Source: Candidatus Sysuimicrobiota bacterium (lineage in GTDB: Bacteria; Sysuimicrobiota; Sysuimicrobiia; Sysuimicrobiales; Sysuimicrobiaceae). Taken from it: DNA of 21,559 nt. The DNA lies in the NCBI GenBank assembly GCA_040289515.1, contig PSLI01000035.1, positions 1-21,559 of the forward strand, read 5' to 3'. The notes under the pieces were generated by a model, which was not told where the DNA came from, made no database searches, and saw only the letters and a program-made list of their open reading frames with translations. Below are positions 17,397 to 21,559 of the stretch, in pieces (the stretch's first letter is position 1; each line of letters starts with the position of its first letter). Both the position numbers and the translations under genes were made by a program.

Positions 17397-17783
17397 TCAG
17401 TAGGCGCTCCACCGGGCCTTGCGCAGTTCCCACCAGTCCTCGTTGGCTTTGACGGCGCAGTACAGCCATACCAGGGGTGCCAGCAGGCCGCCCGTCAGCA
17501 GCACCACCGCCGCCAGGACGCAAAAGTGCCCCCACAGGCCCCGCCACAGGTACCAGAAGGGACCCAGAATCGCTGCCGCCCAGTTCCACGACAGCCGCGG
17601 GGGCGGGTCGTGATCCCCCACGTCCGCGGGCAGGTCCGGTCGCGGGCGCAGTGCCTCCCCCGACAGCTCCAGGTCCACCTCCTCCACCACCTGTCGCCAC
17701 GTGGGCGCCGCCAGTCGCCAGGCCACGTACACCGCAGTGCCCATGAGGGCCAACGCCAGCAACACTCCCACGAGTGAAGCCAT
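17397..17783 (-). CDS. Small membrane protein, DUF2628-like
   Basis: AGGAGGT RBS before ATG 17783; N-terminal transmembrane segment; SWNWAAAILGPFWYLWRGLW motif followed by hydrophobic segments and KAN; 128 aa. Confidence 0.75.
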   Translation of the reverse strand: MASLVGVLLALALMGTAVYVAWRLAAPTWRQVVEEVDLELSGEALRPRPDLPADVGDHDPPPRLSWNWAAAILGPFWYLWRGLWGHFCVLAAVVLLTGGLLAPLVWLYCAVKANEDWWELRKARWSAY

Positions 17784-17848
17784 GCGCACCTCCTGCCCGG
17801 GACGTCCGCGCACCATTGTGCCTCGCAATCCGTCACCGGTCCAGGGCG

Positions 17849-17854
17849 TACAAT
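17849..17854 (+). promoter_or_regulatory. Putative -10 element (TACAAT) of the leaderless DUF488 gene
   Basis: Lies 7 nt before ATG 17862, with no SD sequence. Confidence 0.6.
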
Positions 17855-17861
17855 CAAGTCG

Positions 17862-18263
17862 ATGGTTCGGGTGCGGCGGGTGTACGAGCCTGCGGACCCC
17901 ACGGACGGGCTGCGGGTGCTGGTAGACCGGTTGTGGCCTCGGGGGCTGCGCAGGGAGGCGTCCCGCGTAGACCTGTGGGCGCGCCCCCTGGCTCCCAGCG
18001 ACGGCCTGCGGCGGTGGTTTGGCCACCACCCGGCACGGTGGGAAGAGTTCCGCAGGCGGTACCGGGAGGAGCTGGCGCGGCCCCCGGCGCGCGATCTGTT
18101 GGAGGAGCTGGTGGAACGGGCCCGGCGCGGCACGGTGACCTTGCTGTTTGCGGCGCGGGACGAGCAACACAACAACGCCGTGGTCCTAGCGGAAGTGCTC
18201 CGGGAGCGCCTGGAGGCGCCTGCGAAAAGAAGGGCTGCTGCCCGGCCGCATACCCGGAGCTAG
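17862..18263 (+). CDS. DUF488 (YeaO-like) family protein
   Basis: VRRVYE...DGLRVLVDRLWPRG...LAPSDGLRRWFGH...WEEFRRRYREEL...VTLLFAARDEQHNNAVVL. Confidence 0.93.
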   Translation: MVRVRRVYEPADPTDGLRVLVDRLWPRGLRREASRVDLWARPLAPSDGLRRWFGHHPARWEEFRRRYREELARPPARDLLEELVERARRGTVTLLFAARDEQHNNAVVLAEVLRERLEAPAKRRAAARPHTRS

Positions 18264-18270
18264 CGCAGGC

Positions 18271-19710
18271 TCAGCCCCCAGGCCTGCGCAGCCGCAGTGC
18301 TTCCCGCAGCTGCTGGGCGCGGTCTGCGGGGATCATGTGCCGCACACGCCGGCCCTGCACCAGACCCGCCCCGAGCACTTCCCCTTCAAAGGCCAGGGCC
18401 ACGAAGCCACCCTGGCAGAAAACCTCCACCGGCTGACCGGCCAGCAGCCGGTCCCACTGGGTTCCGTCCAGATCCACCCGGTGGCGGACCTGCCCGCCCA
18501 GCCATTGCACCAGCCAGCTGGTGGGCCGTTCGAGGCCCCGCCCCCACCGTGCGAAGGCCCGCAGGCCGCACCCCGTGAGCTCCCACGCTCGGCTCGGTTT
18601 CCACCGGGCGGGGGGCCAGGCCCCGCAGCGGTGCAGCCACAGGTACTTGGTGGCGCACAGCCACCGCAAGCCCGAAAGGTCAGAGGGCTCTACGCCCAGG
18701 TGCTCTTTCAGCAGCCGGAGCGCGCGGTCCACGCGGCGGTCGGCTTCCTCCTCCGACAGCCGCGCGGCCGGGTGCACCAAGGGAGGTGGGGGTAACTGTG
18801 CAGCACCGGTGCCCGCGCGCCGCAGACGGACCACGAACAGCCCGCCGGAGTCCAGGTGGTGCGGGTAGACCCTCCAAGCATGCTGCAACCGAGGGTCGTA
18901 GCGGCGGCCTGCAAACTCCACCAGGCCCTCCACGTGCGGGACGGGCAACGACAGCGGCTCCACGTGCACGTCCGCGCAGTCAGCGAGCACGCGGTCCACC
19001 ACCGCCTCGTTCTCCTCGGGAGCGAAGGTGCACGTGGCGTACACCACCACGCCCCCGGGCCGCACCAGGCGCACCGCGTGGCGCAGCAGGGCCTCCTGCA
19101 GGCGGCTCAGACGCCGGCGGGTGGCCTCCGGCAAGTCCCGCAGGACCCGCGGGTCATCCCGCACGTTGCCCTCCGCGGAGCAGGGAGCGTCCACCAGGAC
19201 CGCGTCGAACTGCGCGCCGGTGGGGAAGATGCGGCCGTCCACCCGAAAGGCGGCCACGTTCAAGCAAGTGGTGCGCTGCAGGTTGGACCCCAGAGCCCGC
19301 AGGCGCCGCTGGCTGGTGTCCGCGGCCACCACGGTGGCCTCGGGCACGAGTTGCGAAAGGTGCGTGGTCTTGCCGCCGGGTGCCGCGCACACGTCCAGCA
19401 CGAGCCGGCAGTCCGTGTTCTGCACTACCGCGTGGGCCACCACGGCCATTACGGACTCCTGCACGTAGAGGTAGCCCAGCCAGTGCTCCAGGGTTTTGCC
19501 GATGGGGAAGGGTTCCTCCACCACGCGGTACACGTGAGGCGGGAAGTCCAGGGGCTCCAGGGTGAACCCCTGGGTCCGCAGCCGGCGGAGGATCTCTGCC
19601 TCCGCAAGACGGGAGGGCAAAAGGCGCACGGTCCTGGGGGCGGGGGTGCGACAGGCCGCCTCGCAACGCTCCCACTCCGGGAGCACGCCGCGGTAGCGGG
19701 CCCAGGGCAT
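18271..19710 (-). CDS. RsmB/NOL1/NOP2-family RNA cytosine-C5 methyltransferase (RsmF-like, with C-terminal PUA-like region)
   Basis: YVQE, VLDVCAAPGGKT, FDAVLVDAPCSAEG and VYATCTFAPEENE motifs, with both catalytic cysteines present. The ATG overlaps the upstream stop. Confidence 0.92.
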   Translation of the reverse strand: MPWARYRGVLPEWERCEAACRTPAPRTVRLLPSRLAEAEILRRLRTQGFTLEPLDFPPHVYRVVEEPFPIGKTLEHWLGYLYVQESVMAVVAHAVVQNTDCRLVLDVCAAPGGKTTHLSQLVPEATVVAADTSQRRLRALGSNLQRTTCLNVAAFRVDGRIFPTGAQFDAVLVDAPCSAEGNVRDDPRVLRDLPEATRRRLSRLQEALLRHAVRLVRPGGVVVYATCTFAPEENEAVVDRVLADCADVHVEPLSLPVPHVEGLVEFAGRRYDPRLQHAWRVYPHHLDSGGLFVVRLRRAGTGAAQLPPPPLVHPAARLSEEEADRRVDRALRLLKEHLGVEPSDLSGLRWLCATKYLWLHRCGAWPPARWKPSRAWELTGCGLRAFARWGRGLERPTSWLVQWLGGQVRHRVDLDGTQWDRLLAGQPVEVFCQGGFVALAFEGEVLGAGLVQGRRVRHMIPADRAQQLREALRLRRPGG

Positions 19711-20678
19711 CAGCGATACTGAGCCAGCAGGGGCGGCAGGCTGGCTTCCGCCTGGTGGCGGGGTTGGTAGCCCAGCTCCGCACGTGCCCGGGCGATGCTG
19801 AAGTGGTGCGGTGCCAGCATGGCCCGGAGGTTCGCTGAGCTCAGCATTTCCGCGCCCGCGGCGCCCACCAGGCGCGCCAGAGCCCGCAGGACCGCGGCCG
19901 CCGGGCCCAGAGCCCAGGCGGGAAGGGGGATCTTGCGGACCCGCACGCCCAGGGCGCGGGAGGCCAGGTCCACCAGCTCCCGCACCGTGCGGCGGGTACC
20001 GTCGGTTACGTTGTAGACTCCCCCCGCGGCCGCGGGTACCGAGGCCGCCAGCAGGTGCGCGTGCACCACGTCGTGCACGTGCACCAGGTCCAGCGGGGCT
20101 CGGCCCCCGCCCACCAGGGGGAACCAGCCGCCCTTCAGGACCCGCACCGCGTTAGGGGTGAAGTGCCGGTCACGGGGCCCGTAGATGAAGCAGGGCCGCA
20201 GGGCCACCACCTCCACAAGGCCGCGGCGGTGGTACTGGAAGCACACCTCCTCGGCCAGCACCTTCGACTCGCCGTAGACGCCGCTGGGCCGCGGGGGCGT
20301 CGTCTCGTCCGCTCCCTCCGGTGCGGACTCTCCGTACACAGCGACCGAACTGGTGAACACCACGCGCCGGACTCCCTCCTCCGCCGCGGCCCGTAAAACG
20401 TTTTCGGTGCCCCTCACGTTCACCTCCAGCACGTGCTCGCGTGGAGCCATCCCGTCCAGCTCCGCCGCCACGTGGAACACCACCAACGAGCCACGGCAGC
20501 CCGCCCGCAGGACATCCAGGTCGCTCAGGGTTCCCACCACGGGTTCCACGTCCGCGGGAAGCGCGGACGGGTCGCGGCCGGGGCGCACCAGGGTGCGGAC
20601 CTCCCAGCCCTCTCGGAGGAGCCGTTCCACCAAGTGCCCACCCACGAACCCCGTAGCGCCCGTAACGAACGCCCTCAC
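19710..20678 (-). CDS. NAD-dependent epimerase/dehydratase (extended SDR, 3-beta-HSD-like)
   Basis: VTGATGFVG, VFHVAA, VNVRGT, FTSS, YGESK, LRPCFIYGPRD and VHVHDV motifs; GTG 20678 start. Confidence 0.92.
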   Translation of the reverse strand: MRAFVTGATGFVGGHLVERLLREGWEVRTLVRPGRDPSALPADVEPVVGTLSDLDVLRAGCRGSLVVFHVAAELDGMAPREHVLEVNVRGTENVLRAAAEEGVRRVVFTSSVAVYGESAPEGADETTPPRPSGVYGESKVLAEEVCFQYHRRGLVEVVALRPCFIYGPRDRHFTPNAVRVLKGGWFPLVGGGRAPLDLVHVHDVVHAHLLAASVPAAAGGVYNVTDGTRRTVRELVDLASRALGVRVRKIPLPAWALGPAAAVLRALARLVGAAGAEMLSSANLRAMLAPHHFSIARARAELGYQPRHQAEASLPPLLAQYR

Positions 20679-20685
20679 GGCATCC

Positions 20686-20691
20686 AGTTTA
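20686..20691 (-). promoter_or_regulatory. Putative -10 element (TAAACT) of the leaderless epimerase gene
   Basis: Lies 7 nt before GTG 20678 on the minus strand, with no good SD sequence. Confidence 0.55.
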
Positions 20692-20738
20692 GGGCACCGC
20701 GCAGGGTTCCCGGCCCGGCCGCCGAAAATCCACGCGGG

Positions 20739-21104
20739 GTGCGGTTGCGAAAAGCCTTGCTGCGGTTGGTGGAACGGGAGCGGGTCTGCCGCGTGGCCAC
20801 CGCGGACCGGCAGGGCAGGCCCCACGTGGTGCCGGTCTGCCACGTGTGGGAGGGCGGCAAGCTGTACTTCGCCGCAGACGCCTCGAGCCGGAAGGTGCAG
20901 CACCTGCCGACCAACCGGCAGGTGGCGGTGGTGGTGGACGTGTACACGGAGGACTGGGCACGCTTGGCGGGGGTGGTCCTGTGGGGTGTGGCGCGCCTGT
21001 ACCGGAAGTACCCGCAGTACCCGGAAGAGGCAGCCATCGAAGCACCCAAGACCGTGATCGTGGAGGTGACCCCTACCCGCACGGCCTCCTGGGGCGTGGA
21101 CTGA
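20739..21104 (+). CDS. Pyridoxamine 5'-phosphate oxidase-like (split-barrel, flavin/F420-binding) protein, possibly with an internal deletion
   Basis: RVCRVATADRQGRPHVVPV, RKV..L..NRQVAVVVDVYTEDWARL, KYPQY and IVEVTP...SWG motifs. Confidence 0.8.
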   Translation: MRLRKALLRLVERERVCRVATADRQGRPHVVPVCHVWEGGKLYFAADASSRKVQHLPTNRQVAVVVDVYTEDWARLAGVVLWGVARLYRKYPQYPEEAAIEAPKTVIVEVTPTRTASWGVD

Positions 21105-21272
21105 CCATGGTCACCCGTCCGCGGCGCCGGCGCAAACCGGGTTCCGCGATGTGTGGGCGTACGTGGCGACAGAGGCCCTGTACGCAGTGCAGCTCGCGCA
21201 ACCCTCCTCCTGCAACGCCACAGGGGTCCTAAGGGGTGATGCTGGCCAACCTTGCACGGTGACGCGTCCGGC

Positions 21273-21559
21273 ATGGCCTGGTACTGGGAAGCCCTGATCG
21301 TCCTGGCCCTGGTGCTGGTGAACGGGCTGTTCGCGGCCGCGGAGATGAGCGTGGTCACCGCGCGGCCCGGGATCCTGGAGGCCAGGAAGCGCGGCGGGGA
21401 CCGGGGGGCAGCAGCCGCCCTTCAGCTGGTAGCCCACCGGGACCGGTTCCTGGCCGCAGTGCAGGTGGGCATCACCCTGGTGGGTACCCTGGCGGCCGTC
21501 TACTCGGGGGCCCACCTGGCCGAGCCCCTGGCGCAGGCCCTGCAGCGGTGGACGGTCCA
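21273..21559 (+). CDS. Hemolysin-family / CNNM (DUF21) protein, 5' part, runs off the window
   Basis: Own translation: MAWYWEALIVLALVLVNGLFAAAEMSVVTAR...GDRGAAAALQL...RFLAAVQVGITLVGTLAAVYSG. It is absent from the ORF track because no stop codon lies in the window. Confidence 0.9.
   Translation, partial: MAWYWEALIVLALVLVNGLFAAAEMSVVTARPGILEARKRGGDRGAAAALQLVAHRDRFLAAVQVGITLVGTLAAVYSGAHLAEPLAQALQRWTV

Noticed and set aside
21230..21272. Fluoride or yybP-ykoY riboswitch upstream of the second CNNM gene (AAGGGGTGATGCTGGCCAACCTT)
   Set aside because: Only a few bases resemble the consensus. The fluoride pseudoknot partner and the yybP multi-helix body are missing.

Overview
Very GC-rich bacterial window in three parts. 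(1) 1-3400 is a compact gene graveyard: two back-to-back IS256-family left ends bracket an internal fragment of a heavy-metal P1B-ATPase, followed by broken remnants of a SagB/ThcOx-type nitroreductase, an ETF beta subunit and an F420-dependent LLM oxidoreductase, joined by deletion junctions and carrying frameshifts and nonsense codons. (2) 3446-17370 is intact housekeeping DNA on the + strand: maf, an arginine operon argC-J-B-D-G-H-R (no argF or carAB) with a sigma70-type promoter and tandem ARG boxes, then a 7TM-HD phosphodiesterase (PgpH-like), ybeY, dgkA, a CorC/CNNM transporter, cdd and era. (3) 17397-21559 holds small accessory genes: a DUF2628-like membrane protein, DUF488, an RsmF/NOL1-type RNA m5C methyltransferase coupled to an NAD-dependent epimerase, a pyridoxamine-oxidase-like protein and the start of a second CNNM/DUF21 protein. 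I found no convincing new multi-gene system. The best signals are regulatory: four genes with an identical TAnnnT-N7-start leaderless layout, RBS-occluding hairpins inside both IS ends, extended -10 motifs written into the last codons of argR and dgkA, and a structured leader in front of a CorC with a divergent ion site. Family assignments come from motif recognition only; no database search was run.
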